DNA of 64,000 nucleotides from Dehalococcoidia bacterium. GTDB lineage: Bacteria > Chloroflexota > Dehalococcoidia > SM23-28-2 > RBG-16-64-32. Where the stretch lies: assembly GCA_034432935.1 (NCBI GenBank), contig DAOUBD010000028.1, forward strand, positions 1,816-65,815. The letters run 5' to 3'. Below, piece by piece: positions 48,009 to 56,987 of the stretch. The position numbers and the translations under genes were made by a program. The notes beneath the pieces were generated by a model. It was not told where the DNA came from and did not search any database. It was given only the letters and a program-made list of their open reading frames with translations. Position 1 is the stretch's first letter, and each line of letters opens with the position of its first letter.

Positions 48009-49232
48009 ATGCGATTCGACTTCGATGTCGCTGTCGCCGGCGCTGGCCCCGCTGGCTCCCGTACCGCCCGGGACCTGGCGCAGGCTGGCCTGAGGGTGGC
48101 TTTACTGGAGGAACACCGGCAGCCGGGGATCCCCTCTCACTGTTCGGGCCTCATCAGCCCTCGCACCCTAGAAGAGGCAGGGATCGGCCCCGAGGCGGCC
48201 ATCCACCGCATCAGCGGCGCCTTCCTGCACGCCCCGGACGGGACCCTAGCCGAGCTGGGCGGCGGCCAGGTACGGGCCGTGGCCATCGACCGGGTCCGCT
48301 GGGATCAAACCCTTTGCCAGCAGGCCCAAGCCGCCGGCGCCGAGCTCCTGCGCGGCCGGGTCACCGGCGTCGCGCGCCAGGACGGCGGCGTGCTCCTCAC
48401 CGTGCACACAGACGGCCGGATTCGCCACCTCACGGCTCGCCTCATCGTGGGGGCTGACGGCGCCCACTCCCGGGTGGCCCGCTGTCTGGGGCTGCCAGGG
48501 CCGCGAGAGAAGGCCTATTGCCTGGGCATCGAGGGGCGGCTGAGGACCCCGCGGCAGGACTTCGTTCACGTCTTCGTGAGCAACGATGTGGCGCCCGGGT
48601 GGTTCGGCTGGATCATACCGGTGGGAGATGGGACGGTGCGCGCCGGCATAGGGTCTACTAACGGCGCCAAACCCATCGTCTGCTACCGCCGAATGGCAGC
48701 GGCCTTCCCCCAGCTCTTCGCCGCGTTGGAGCCCAAACGTATGTACGGCGGCACCATCCCTCTCAGCTTCGCGCCCCGGTCTTACGCCGATAACGCCCTC
48801 CTAGTGGGGGATGCCGCCGGCCAGGTGAAGCCCCTCTCGGGCGGCGGGATCTACACGGGGCTGGTGGCCGCCCGCCACGCCGCCGAGGCAGCGCTGGAGG
48901 CCTTCCGCGCCAATGACCTGAGCGCCCGCCGCCTCTCCTCTTACGAACGGCGATGGAAGGCGGAGATCGGCCGCGAGCTGGCCCGCAGCCGCCGCCTGCG
49001 CAACGCCGGTTTGGCTTTGGGCGACCAGGGGATAAACAGAGTAGTCCGCGTCTTGCGCCACGATAGCCTTGTCGCCCTCGCCGCGCGCCATGGCGACATC
49101 GATTACCCGTCCCGGGCGCTGCTCCGCCTGGCCAGGTCTGCGCCGGCCGTCACCACCCTGCTGCCCATCTTGGCGCGGCGACCCGCCGCCGTCTGGCAGG
49201 TCCTCCGGGCGCACCTCCCTTTTGCGGTGTGA
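48009..49232 (+). CDS. Geranylgeranyl reductase-family FAD-dependent oxidoreductase
   Basis: 'DVAVAGAGPAGS' and 'CSGLIS'. Confidence 0.7.
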   Translation: MRFDFDVAVAGAGPAGSRTARDLAQAGLRVALLEEHRQPGIPSHCSGLISPRTLEEAGIGPEAAIHRISGAFLHAPDGTLAELGGGQVRAVAIDRVRWDQTLCQQAQAAGAELLRGRVTGVARQDGGVLLTVHTDGRIRHLTARLIVGADGAHSRVARCLGLPGPREKAYCLGIEGRLRTPRQDFVHVFVSNDVAPGWFGWIIPVGDGTVRAGIGSTNGAKPIVCYRRMAAAFPQLFAALEPKRMYGGTIPLSFAPRSYADNALLVGDAAGQVKPLSGGGIYTGLVAARHAAEAALEAFRANDLSARRLSSYERRWKAEIGRELARSRRLRNAGLALGDQGINRVVRVLRHDSLVALAARHGDIDYPSRALLRLARSAPAVTTLLPILARRPAAVWQVLRAHLPFAV

Positions 49233-49280
49233 CGGCGACGAAGGCGGCCGCGCTGCCCCATGCTATAATCGAGGCCGGAT

Positions 49281-49772
49281 ATGGCCATCACGGGACAGAC
49301 GAGGCAGGCCGCCAGCCCCCCGGCGCGCGAACTCCCCTACGCAGGCTTCCAACTCCGCGCCGTGGCCTTCATCCTCGACGCCATCGTCTTGGCATCGATC
49401 CTCTTCCTGTTTATCGCAGCCGCCGGGCTCCAGCTCCTGTTGCGCAGCGACTGGGGCAACGAGTCCAACATCCCGGACAAGGTCTACTGGGCCTCCTTCC
49501 TCATCGTGGCCAGCTTCTTGCTGGTGCCGCCCTGGTACTTCATCGCCATGTGGTGGGCCCGGGGCCAGAGCCTCGGCATGATGGCCGTGCACATCGCCGT
49601 CACGGATACGGAAGGCTATCACATCTCTTTTCCCCAGGCCCTCGTCCGCACGCTAGTTTGGCCCCTTAGCTTCTTGCCCATGGGCATCGGCATGCTGCCC
49701 ATCCTCTTCGACCGGCGCGCCCGCGCCCTCCACGACATGCTGGCGGGCACCGTCGTCGTCCAACTACCGTGA
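49281..49772 (+). CDS. RDD-family membrane protein
   Basis: 3 TM helices and C-terminal 'RRARALHDMLAGTVVV'. Confidence 0.7.
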   Translation: MAITGQTRQAASPPARELPYAGFQLRAVAFILDAIVLASILFLFIAAAGLQLLLRSDWGNESNIPDKVYWASFLIVASFLLVPPWYFIAMWWARGQSLGMMAVHIAVTDTEGYHISFPQALVRTLVWPLSFLPMGIGMLPILFDRRARALHDMLAGTVVVQLP

Positions 49773-50596
49773 ACGGCCCCGGGTCCCTGGTCAGGACGGC
49801 GTCCCAGTGGACCATCGGCTTCATCCTCACCATCGTCCTCATCGCCTTCCTGCTGGCGTTAGCTGCGGCCCAGATCACCTCGCCGGGACCTGCGCACCGG
49901 GTCCTGCGCCGTGCCGCCGCTGTAACCACCGGCATCGACTCGGCCCTCCCGGGCGTCCAGGATCAGCTTCGCCAGGCGGCCGGCGCAGAGGGCTCCAGCG
50001 AGGTTCTGGTGCCGGGCTATCCGATACCGGTGGAGATCCCGCGGGAGCAGGCGGGGACCATCGACCCCGCGGAGCTGCGGCGCCTCATCCTGGACGAGTC
50101 GGCCCGCCGCCTGTATAGCGACGGGTGGTCCGTCTGGGATGACGGTGACCAGGAAGCGAAACAGGATGTGCGGCGCATCTCTTCGGCCGGCCTCCTGAAG
50201 ACGGGCCTGGGCCTTATCAACGATGGCAACCACCGCATCTTCTTGGGCCTCGCCGGCCTGCTGGGGTTGATGGCCTTCGGTCTGGCCCTGGCCCTGGCCG
50301 TGAGCCTCGCTCCCCTGCCGCGCCTCGCGGCCCTGGGCGGCGTACTCACCGCGGCGGGGCTGCCCCTCCTAGCGGGGGCCGTGGCCATCCGCTTCGGGTT
50401 ACGCACCGCCGCCGTGGACGCCGATCCCTTCGCTAGAGGGCTCCTGGACCTGGGGGTGGACATCATGGCCGTCCCCATCCGCACCTATCTCATCGTCAGC
50501 CTGCTGGGCATGCTCATAGCCCTGCTGGGCGCTGGGGCCATGTGGTGGGAGTCCCGCACCAGGCAGGCGGTGCCCGCGGGCGGCCCGACGCCCTAA
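49769..50596 (+). CDS. Hypothetical membrane protein
   Basis: GTG start overlapping the RDD stop; multiple TM helices. Confidence 0.4.
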   Translation: MNGPGSLVRTASQWTIGFILTIVLIAFLLALAAAQITSPGPAHRVLRRAAAVTTGIDSALPGVQDQLRQAAGAEGSSEVLVPGYPIPVEIPREQAGTIDPAELRRLILDESARRLYSDGWSVWDDGDQEAKQDVRRISSAGLLKTGLGLINDGNHRIFLGLAGLLGLMAFGLALALAVSLAPLPRLAALGGVLTAAGLPLLAGAVAIRFGLRTAAVDADPFARGLLDLGVDIMAVPIRTYLIVSLLGMLIALLGAGAMWWESRTRQAVPAGGPTP

Positions 50597-50672
50597 GCGC
50601 CACCTGGCCCGCCGGTCAGGCTCCAGCACGCGCCGGGATAACGGGTATAATAAAGGCCAGCGGTAGATCGAC

Positions 50673-51011
50673 ATGAGGGAGAGAACACGCAGGCTCCTTC
50701 TCAAAGCCGGCGCTCTCGCCGTCTTGCTGGGCGTCGTGGCGCCCAACGTGACCTACGTCGGCCACTGGCCCTTGGCTGGCCACACCCACGACATCAAGGA
50801 CGAAGCCACCGCCAGCGAGCACGCAGCTCACTGCCACCTGGGCCCCTCTAAATGCTCTGGCCAGACCGACTTCACCGGCACCTGGTGGGTTGGCCAAGAG
50901 CCCACGGTCCTGCCGGCAGCCCCTAAAGAAGAGCTGGTCGCGATATCCTCCGACACCTCGCTCCTGGACCCCCCGTCTTCCCGCCTCCTAAAGCCTCCGC
51001 GACCTTCCTAG
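50673..51011 (+). CDS. Small His/Cys-rich Tat-type secreted protein
   Basis: 'RTRRLLLKAGALAV' twin-arginine-like signal. Mature 'GHWPLAGHTHD…EHAAHCHLGPSKCSG'. First gene of the CopC cluster. Confidence 0.45.
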   Translation: MRERTRRLLLKAGALAVLLGVVAPNVTYVGHWPLAGHTHDIKDEATASEHAAHCHLGPSKCSGQTDFTGTWWVGQEPTVLPAAPKEELVAISSDTSLLDPPSSRLLKPPRPS

Positions 51012-51092
51012 CGGCCCACGACACCATCCGTGCGCCAGGGGGCTAGACTTCCGCGCTATCCCCAGGCGCCTAGCACATAGGAGGCGATACAC

Positions 51093-51611
51093 TTGTCGCA
51101 ACGTACGAAGCTTATGGCTGTCGTTGCCGCGTTGGCCGCCATCGCCCTCGTGGCGGCGGCCGCTTGCGGGGGCGACGACGGCAGCAGCAAACAGACCGAT
51201 CAGCAGATCCAGCAGATGACATCCCAGCTCACTGACCTTCAGACCTCGGTCAAGAACATCCATGACTCCATGATGCGCCAGCAGGTCTTGCTGGCCTACA
51301 CGGCCCTGCGGGCTGAAGGCCTGCACGAGATAGCCGAAAGCCTGAATACGGCCGGCGCCATCGACCCCGCCTGGCACGGCGCCGTCAGCCGCATGCACCT
51401 CATAGTCACGGCGACGGACTGGCCGGAGGAGCTGAAGGCGGCAGCGGATGACTGCGCCATGAAGCTGGATGAGTTCGCCAAAGCGTTGGACTCCGGCGAT
51501 CTGGCCGCCAGCAAGACGGCGGGGCCCGTGGCCCACCTGGCCTGGCACGAGCTGGACGGCGCCGCGGCCAACTTTCTGGGGGCCGAGAACTCCGAGGAGA
51601 TGAGCCATTGA
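51093..51611 (+). CDS. Hypothetical helical lipoprotein
   Basis: Lipobox 'LVAAAACGG'. Confidence 0.5.
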   Translation: MSQRTKLMAVVAALAAIALVAAAACGGDDGSSKQTDQQIQQMTSQLTDLQTSVKNIHDSMMRQQVLLAYTALRAEGLHEIAESLNTAGAIDPAWHGAVSRMHLIVTATDWPEELKAAADDCAMKLDEFAKALDSGDLAASKTAGPVAHLAWHELDGAAANFLGAENSEEMSH

Positions 51612-51613
51612 CC

Positions 51614-52267
51614 ATGAGAAAGCGTCACTATCCAGAGCACAAGGGCCCACGCCCGGCAAGATCACACCTGCCCCGGGCGCCCGCATGGGCCGCCGCCATC
51701 CTTCTGGCGGCAGCCGCCGCCCTCCTCACCGTCCTCGGCGCCAGCGCCCACGCCAAGTACGAACGCTCCGAGCCAGCGGACGGCGCCGTGCTGGCGCAAC
51801 CGCCGTCGCGAGTCGACGTCTATTTCAGCCAGGAGATGACCCGCAGCGGAGGCCTGCCCAGCCTCGTTGTGGTCAACGATGTGGGCGACCAGGTGGACCT
51901 GGGGGCCAAGCTGGACGACAACGACCGCAAGCACATCTACGCTGATCTGGCACCCGCTCTGCCACCGGGACGTTACACGGTCATCTGGCACACCCTCTCG
52001 GACGAAGACGCCGAAGAAGCCCAAGGGGCGTTCCACTTCTACGTGGGGACAGGGCCTTCCGGGGCATCGCCAGCCGCCCCTTTGGCTACGGTTGCGCCGG
52101 CCGCCACACCTGCTGCGGCCACCCCGGCTGCTACGGCCGGCCCGGCCGCAGCTGAGGCCGGCGGAGACAGCGGGTTGCCCATCTGGGCCCTGGCCGTTGG
52201 CATCGCTGGCGGCCTGCTGGCCGGCGGGGCGGGCGGCTACGGTCTTGCCCGGAGGTCTGGAGGCTGA
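51614..52267 (+). CDS. copC: CopC-domain copper-binding protein with C-terminal TM anchor
   Basis: Signal peptide cleaved at ASA|HA gives N-terminal His. 'YTVIWHTLSDEDAEEAQGAFHFYV' CopC motif. PA-rich linker plus TM. Confidence 0.75.
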   Translation: MRKRHYPEHKGPRPARSHLPRAPAWAAAILLAAAAALLTVLGASAHAKYERSEPADGAVLAQPPSRVDVYFSQEMTRSGGLPSLVVVNDVGDQVDLGAKLDDNDRKHIYADLAPALPPGRYTVIWHTLSDEDAEEAQGAFHFYVGTGPSGASPAAPLATVAPAATPAAATPAATAGPAAAEAGGDSGLPIWALAVGIAGGLLAGGAGGYGLARRSGG

Positions 52268-52271
52268 GGCT

Positions 52272-52901
52272 ATGGCCTTGAGCCGCCTTGGCCTGGCCGC
52301 CGTCTTCCTCCATTTCGGGGGCGCCGGCACCTACACTGCCGCAGCCGTGGTGGCGGGGGTGTTTGTGGCCCTCTTCGCCCTCAGCTTCTTGTGGGGCCAC
52401 CGCCCGCAAGGGAGCCGCGTCTTCAGTAAACGATGGGCCGGCCAGTGGCTGCGGGCATCCTTTCCCCGGCTCATCGTGGCCGGCGCGTTCTCCGGCGCCC
52501 TTTTCGCCGCCTCCAGCCTGGCCGGCGGCCGCCAGGCCGCCACCCTGGCTGAGCGCGCCTGCCAGCAACCGGCCGCCCCCTTTACTACCCAGGCCGTCAC
52601 CGCAGAACGCCTGGCTGCTGCCGTCGCCGGTCTCCAGAAGCTGGCGGCGGCAGCAGCGGCCGGCGACCGCGACGGCGCGCCATCCCTCTTCTTCGGCACT
52701 GACACCCACAACGTGACCCACGACATCGACGGCCTCTTGCGGAAGACTGACCCTGCCCTGGGCAAGGAGATCTGCCGCAGCATGGTCGTCCTGGAGCTGC
52801 AACTGGCCGGCAGCCGCAACCTGACGGTGGTGCGGCAGGAGGCTGCACGCTCCGCAGAGCTGCTGCAACGGGCGGGACGAGAGATGGGCCTGACGCCATG
52901 A
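52272..52901 (+). CDS. Membrane-anchored hypothetical protein (paralog of 55269..55724)
   Basis: 2 TM; 'LFFGTDTHNVTHDIDGLLRKTDPALGKEICRSMVVLELQLA'. Confidence 0.5.
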   Translation: MALSRLGLAAVFLHFGGAGTYTAAAVVAGVFVALFALSFLWGHRPQGSRVFSKRWAGQWLRASFPRLIVAGAFSGALFAASSLAGGRQAATLAERACQQPAAPFTTQAVTAERLAAAVAGLQKLAAAAAAGDRDGAPSLFFGTDTHNVTHDIDGLLRKTDPALGKEICRSMVVLELQLAGSRNLTVVRQEAARSAELLQRAGREMGLTP

Positions 52902-55201
52902 GGGCACAGGAGAACGCCCGAACCCTCCCGGGCGCCCCGCTCTGGGGCTGGGCCGCTGCCGCGGTGGCATTGCTCGCTCTCCTGGCGTTGGCTCCGGCGC
53001 CGGCCGAGGCCCACGCCATCCTCATCCGGTCAGACCCTCCGGTCAACGCGAGACTCCAGGACCCGCCGCCGCTGGTATCGGCCTTCTTCAGCGAGGCGCT
53101 GGACAAGCGCCTTTCGTCCCTCAGGGTTGTGAACGGCGAGGGCAAGGAGGTGGATTCAGGCCAGACGTCCTTTGGGCCAGACGCCGCGCAGATGTCCGTC
53201 ACCATTCCGGAGCCGCTGCCGCCGGGCTTCTACGCCGTGCTCTGGCAGACCCTTTCCAGCGTGGATGGCCATCTCCTGAAGGGATCGTATCCCTTTACCG
53301 TCCTCAACCCGGATGGGTCAGAGCCCTCCGGCCCGCGGCCTACCGCGGGCGGTGGCGCCGGCTATAGCGGCGGCGCTCCCACCGCCGATGCGGTAGCTGT
53401 GAAGTGGGCTGGGTTGCTGGCCGCGTCCCTGGCCGTAGGGGCCCTGGCCTTCTCCACCCTAGTCGCGGGGCGGCTGAGAGCCGAAGCCGGGGCCGCTGTC
53501 CACCGCTACTGCCTGCGCTCGGCCTGGGCCGGCGTCTTTGGCCTGGCCGTGACAGGCGCCGCCGAACTCCTCATCCAGGCCCGCCGCCTGGGCGGCCTCG
53601 GCTTCACCGGCGACGCCCTGCGCACCGTCTGGGGCGAGCGTTGGATAGAGCGCCAGGCCGTGCTCCTGGCGATAGGCGCGCTGCTCTGGGCCCACGGCTG
53701 GCCCAAGGGAAGGCAGCGCGCCGAGGCTTCGCAAGCTCTGCTCGCCATCGCCCTTATCGGCGGGTTCCAGTACCTCCTGTTGGCGGCCATGACCAGCCAC
53801 GCCAGCTCCGTGCCCGGGTCATTCTGGGCCGTGGGCGCCGACTTCATTCACCTTAGCGCCGCGGCCCTCTGGGCGGGAATCCTCTTCCAGTTGGTCCTCT
53901 TTCTGGCCTGGGCGATCCGGCACACGCCGCCGGACAAGCGTCCTGATCTTCTGGCCCAGCCCTTGCGCCGCTTCTCGGCGCTGGCGGCCACCGCCGTGGC
54001 CCTTCTCCTCGCCAGCGGCCTGGCCAGTAGCCTGACGGAGGTCCCTGACTTCGAAGCTTTGGGCAACACCGCCTACGGGCGCGCCTTGGTCGTGAAACTG
54101 GCCGTGATCGCGCTTCTCATGCTCGCGGCCGGCCTCAACGCCGTCTTCTTGGCGCCCCGGGCCCGGCGCGAGAGCGACGAGGCATCGGACCGCCGCTTCG
54201 TCTGGACCGTACGGGCGGAGATCGCCTTGGCCATCGCCGTCCTCGCCACCGCCGCCGTCTTCGTCCAATACCCCACGGCCCGGCAGCAGCGCGACGCTGC
54301 CGCCAATGTCCAGGCCTCCGCGCAGGCGGTGGTGGGCTATGACCAGATCCAGGACACAGGCTCCGCCATGGTCAACCTCACCATCTCACCCAAGGCCGTC
54401 GGCACCAACTCCTTCCGCGTCTTCCTCTTCCCGCCCTCCGGCGGCCAGTTGGGCGAGGTGCAACGGGTCCGCCTGCGGTTCAAGCCGCCGGATCCAGCGC
54501 TGGGGCCCTCGGAGATCATCGCCGAGCCATCGGGCCTGAACGCCTACAAGGCGGTGGGGCCCTTCTTCACCACACCCGGCGCCTGGGAGGTGGCCGTGGA
54601 CCTGAGGCGCCGGGAGGTGGAGGACGTAACGGCAGTCTTCCGAGTGGCCGTTCCTGGGGCGCAAGCGGAAGGCGGGGGGCAGTTCAGCCTGCCCCTCTTG
54701 GCCGGCAGTTGGACCACCGTGGGCGCGATGGGCGTGTTGCTGGCCGCCGTGCTCATGATCATCTGGGCTGCCCAGTGGCCGGGTCTGCCCAGGCGTGTGG
54801 GCCGCGGCCTCCGGATCGCCAGCGGGTTCGTCTCCGTGATCGGCCTGGCCCTACTGGTGGAGAGCCTTTTCCCGGCTGGCCAAGGGCCGGTGAACCCGGT
54901 GGAAGCCACCGGAAGCTCCATCGCCATCGGCCGCAGCCTTTACGTCAACAACTGCGCCCGCTGCCATGGCACCGAGGGCCGCGGCGACGGTCCGGACGCC
55001 AACTCTTTGGGCGTCCCGCCGGCCGACTTTCGCCAGCACATCCCCTACCACACGGACCTGTTCTTCTTCGAGGTCATCTCCAACGGCCTCGGCAACTTCA
55101 TGCCCCCCTTTGCGGACCAGATAACGGAAGAGGAGCGCTGGCACCTGATAAACTTCCTGAAGGCCGAGTATGGCATCGATACTAGTCTGCCCCCGCCCTA
55201 A
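52898..55201 (+). CDS. CopC–CopD fusion (YcnJ-like) with C-terminal mono-haem cytochrome c domain
   Basis: Signal 'AEA|HAILIRSDP' CopC; ~8 TM His-rich CopD core; terminal 'CARCHGTEGRGDG' CxxCH plus 'NFMPPF'. Confidence 0.7.
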   Translation: MRAQENARTLPGAPLWGWAAAAVALLALLALAPAPAEAHAILIRSDPPVNARLQDPPPLVSAFFSEALDKRLSSLRVVNGEGKEVDSGQTSFGPDAAQMSVTIPEPLPPGFYAVLWQTLSSVDGHLLKGSYPFTVLNPDGSEPSGPRPTAGGGAGYSGGAPTADAVAVKWAGLLAASLAVGALAFSTLVAGRLRAEAGAAVHRYCLRSAWAGVFGLAVTGAAELLIQARRLGGLGFTGDALRTVWGERWIERQAVLLAIGALLWAHGWPKGRQRAEASQALLAIALIGGFQYLLLAAMTSHASSVPGSFWAVGADFIHLSAAALWAGILFQLVLFLAWAIRHTPPDKRPDLLAQPLRRFSALAATAVALLLASGLASSLTEVPDFEALGNTAYGRALVVKLAVIALLMLAAGLNAVFLAPRARRESDEASDRRFVWTVRAEIALAIAVLATAAVFVQYPTARQQRDAAANVQASAQAVVGYDQIQDTGSAMVNLTISPKAVGTNSFRVFLFPPSGGQLGEVQRVRLRFKPPDPALGPSEIIAEPSGLNAYKAVGPFFTTPGAWEVAVDLRRREVEDVTAVFRVAVPGAQAEGGGQFSLPLLAGSWTTVGAMGVLLAAVLMIIWAAQWPGLPRRVGRGLRIASGFVSVIGLALLVESLFPAGQGPVNPVEATGSSIAIGRSLYVNNCARCHGTEGRGDGPDANSLGVPPADFRQHIPYHTDLFFFEVISNGLGNFMPPFADQITEEERWHLINFLKAEYGIDTSLPPP

Positions 55202-55268
55202 GTCCTTTCCCTTCGCAGCCAAAGGCCGCAGGTCTCGCCGCCGCCGGGCAAGGCGGGGAGACGCTCGG

Positions 55269-55724
55269 ATGGCCCTGCCGGACTGGGTCTGGGGGGCCAT
55301 CTTGGGCGGCGTAGTCGTCATTGCAGTGGGCGGATTCTTCCTGGGCAGAGCTGTCCTCAGCGGCGGCGCCGGCGGGACCTGCGACAAGGCGCTGCCGCCC
55401 CTGGGCTCCAGCGAGATCTCCGAGCAAGCCTTTCAAGAGGAGGACGCTGCCTTGGGGCGCATCCTGGACATGCTAGGCCGCGGCGATGTCCAAGGGGCCG
55501 AATCGGCCTTCTTCGGCCCGGTGCACAACTTCACCCATAACATAGATCCCAGCGTACGCCAGCAGGACCAGGAGCTGGCCAAGAGTCTCTGTAAGGCCGT
55601 CATCCAGTTGGAGGACTCCCTGGCCTTCGACAGGGGGGCCGTGAAGATCGGCCTCGACATGCAGGCCGTCCGCAACCTGCTGCGGGACTCGGCCCAGGCG
55701 TTGGGATACGCTAGGCCCCACTGA
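55269..55724 (+). CDS. Membrane-anchored hypothetical protein (paralog of 52272..52901)
   Basis: 1 TM; 'AFFGPVHNFTHNIDPSVRQQDQELAKSLCKAVIQLEDSLA'. Confidence 0.45.
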   Translation: MALPDWVWGAILGGVVVIAVGGFFLGRAVLSGGAGGTCDKALPPLGSSEISEQAFQEEDAALGRILDMLGRGDVQGAESAFFGPVHNFTHNIDPSVRQQDQELAKSLCKAVIQLEDSLAFDRGAVKIGLDMQAVRNLLRDSAQALGYARPH

Positions 55725-55742
55725 GGACAGAAGGAGGCACCG

Positions 55743-56540
55743 ATGATGTCAGGACAGCTAGCGGGTCGCACAGCCATCGTAACCGGCGCCAGCCGGGGGA
55801 TCGGCAAGGCCATCGCGCTACTCTTCGCGGGGGAGGGAGCGAACATCGTCGCCGCCGCCCGTACTGTCCAGCCGGGTCAGCACCCGCTGCCCGGCAGCGT
55901 AGCGGAGACCGTAGCGGAGATCCAGGCGGCAGGCGGCCGGGCGATCGCCGTGCAGTGCGACGTCTCACAAGAGGAGGAGATCGCCAGTCTTGTGTCCAAG
56001 ACCCGCGAGGCCTTCGGGCCTCCGGACGTGCTGGTCAACAACGCAGCGCTGACCTACTACATCCCCTTTCCCGAGTTTCCCCTGCGGCGGTGGCGAAAGA
56101 TGCTGGAGGTGGACCTCACAGGACCCTTCATGCTGATCCAGGCGGTGCTACCAGACATGCTGGCGGCCAAGAGGGGGCACATCATCAACATCTCGTCTCT
56201 GGCCGCCCGCCATCCGGAGGGCCCGCCCTATTCCTACCCCCGCGGCGGCACGCCCTACGGCGTAGTCAAGGCCAGCATCGAACGCCTGACGACTGGGCTG
56301 GCCCACGAGCTCTACGGCACGGGCATCGCCGTCAACGCCCTGGCCCCCGCTGGCATCGTCCCGACGCCCGGTGTGCTGTACCACAAGCTGATCGAGAGCG
56401 AGGACGACCCGAGGGCCGAGCCGGTGGAGTACATGGCCCGCGCCGCCCTCCTCCTGGCCACCTGCGATCCCGAGACCTTCACCGGGCGCATCACGTATAG
56501 CCAGCCACTCCTGCGGGAACACGGCCTCCTGGAACCGTAA
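55743..56540 (+). CDS. SDR-family oxidoreductase
   Basis: 'TGASRGIGKA' and 'NNAA'. Confidence 0.8.
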   Translation: MMSGQLAGRTAIVTGASRGIGKAIALLFAGEGANIVAAARTVQPGQHPLPGSVAETVAEIQAAGGRAIAVQCDVSQEEEIASLVSKTREAFGPPDVLVNNAALTYYIPFPEFPLRRWRKMLEVDLTGPFMLIQAVLPDMLAAKRGHIINISSLAARHPEGPPYSYPRGGTPYGVVKASIERLTTGLAHELYGTGIAVNALAPAGIVPTPGVLYHKLIESEDDPRAEPVEYMARAALLLATCDPETFTGRITYSQPLLREHGLLEP

Positions 56541-56556
56541 GGCCGAACACTCCCCA

Positions 56557-56845
56557 CCCGTGCTGGGGCCCTCGAAACATGGGCCGTTGGGCTCCGCTCG
56601 CCCTTCGACGGTGCTCAGGACGAGCGGGAAGGAACGCGGGCACACGCCCCCGCTCATGCTGAGGTTCTCGAAGCATGAGCCGTTGGGCTCCGCTCATCCT
56701 TCGACGGTGCTCAGGACGAGCGGGAAGGGGCGCCTGGCCGAATCACCACTCACACCAAGCCCCGTACAACGCCCGCTCATGCTGAGGCCCTCGAAGCATG
56801 AGCCACACAAACGCCCGCTCATGCTGAGGCCCTCGAAGCATCAGG
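56557..56845. repeat. Cluster of REP/MITE-like palindromic repeats (family A, opposite orientation), about 5 units
   Basis: 'GCTCATGCTGAGGYYCTCGAAGCATGAGC' units repeated 5 times. Confidence 0.7.
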
Positions 56846-56987
56846 GGCGCACTCCCCTCCTACGTCGTAAACCCTGTCTCAACCCACCTCCTCACTTCCC
56901 AGCGTAACCAGCAGCGGCCCGATGAGTCTCTTCTTATGGTAAGCGCCGCCCCGGCAAATCCCCCATTGGCGAAGGGAGGTACAGAGG

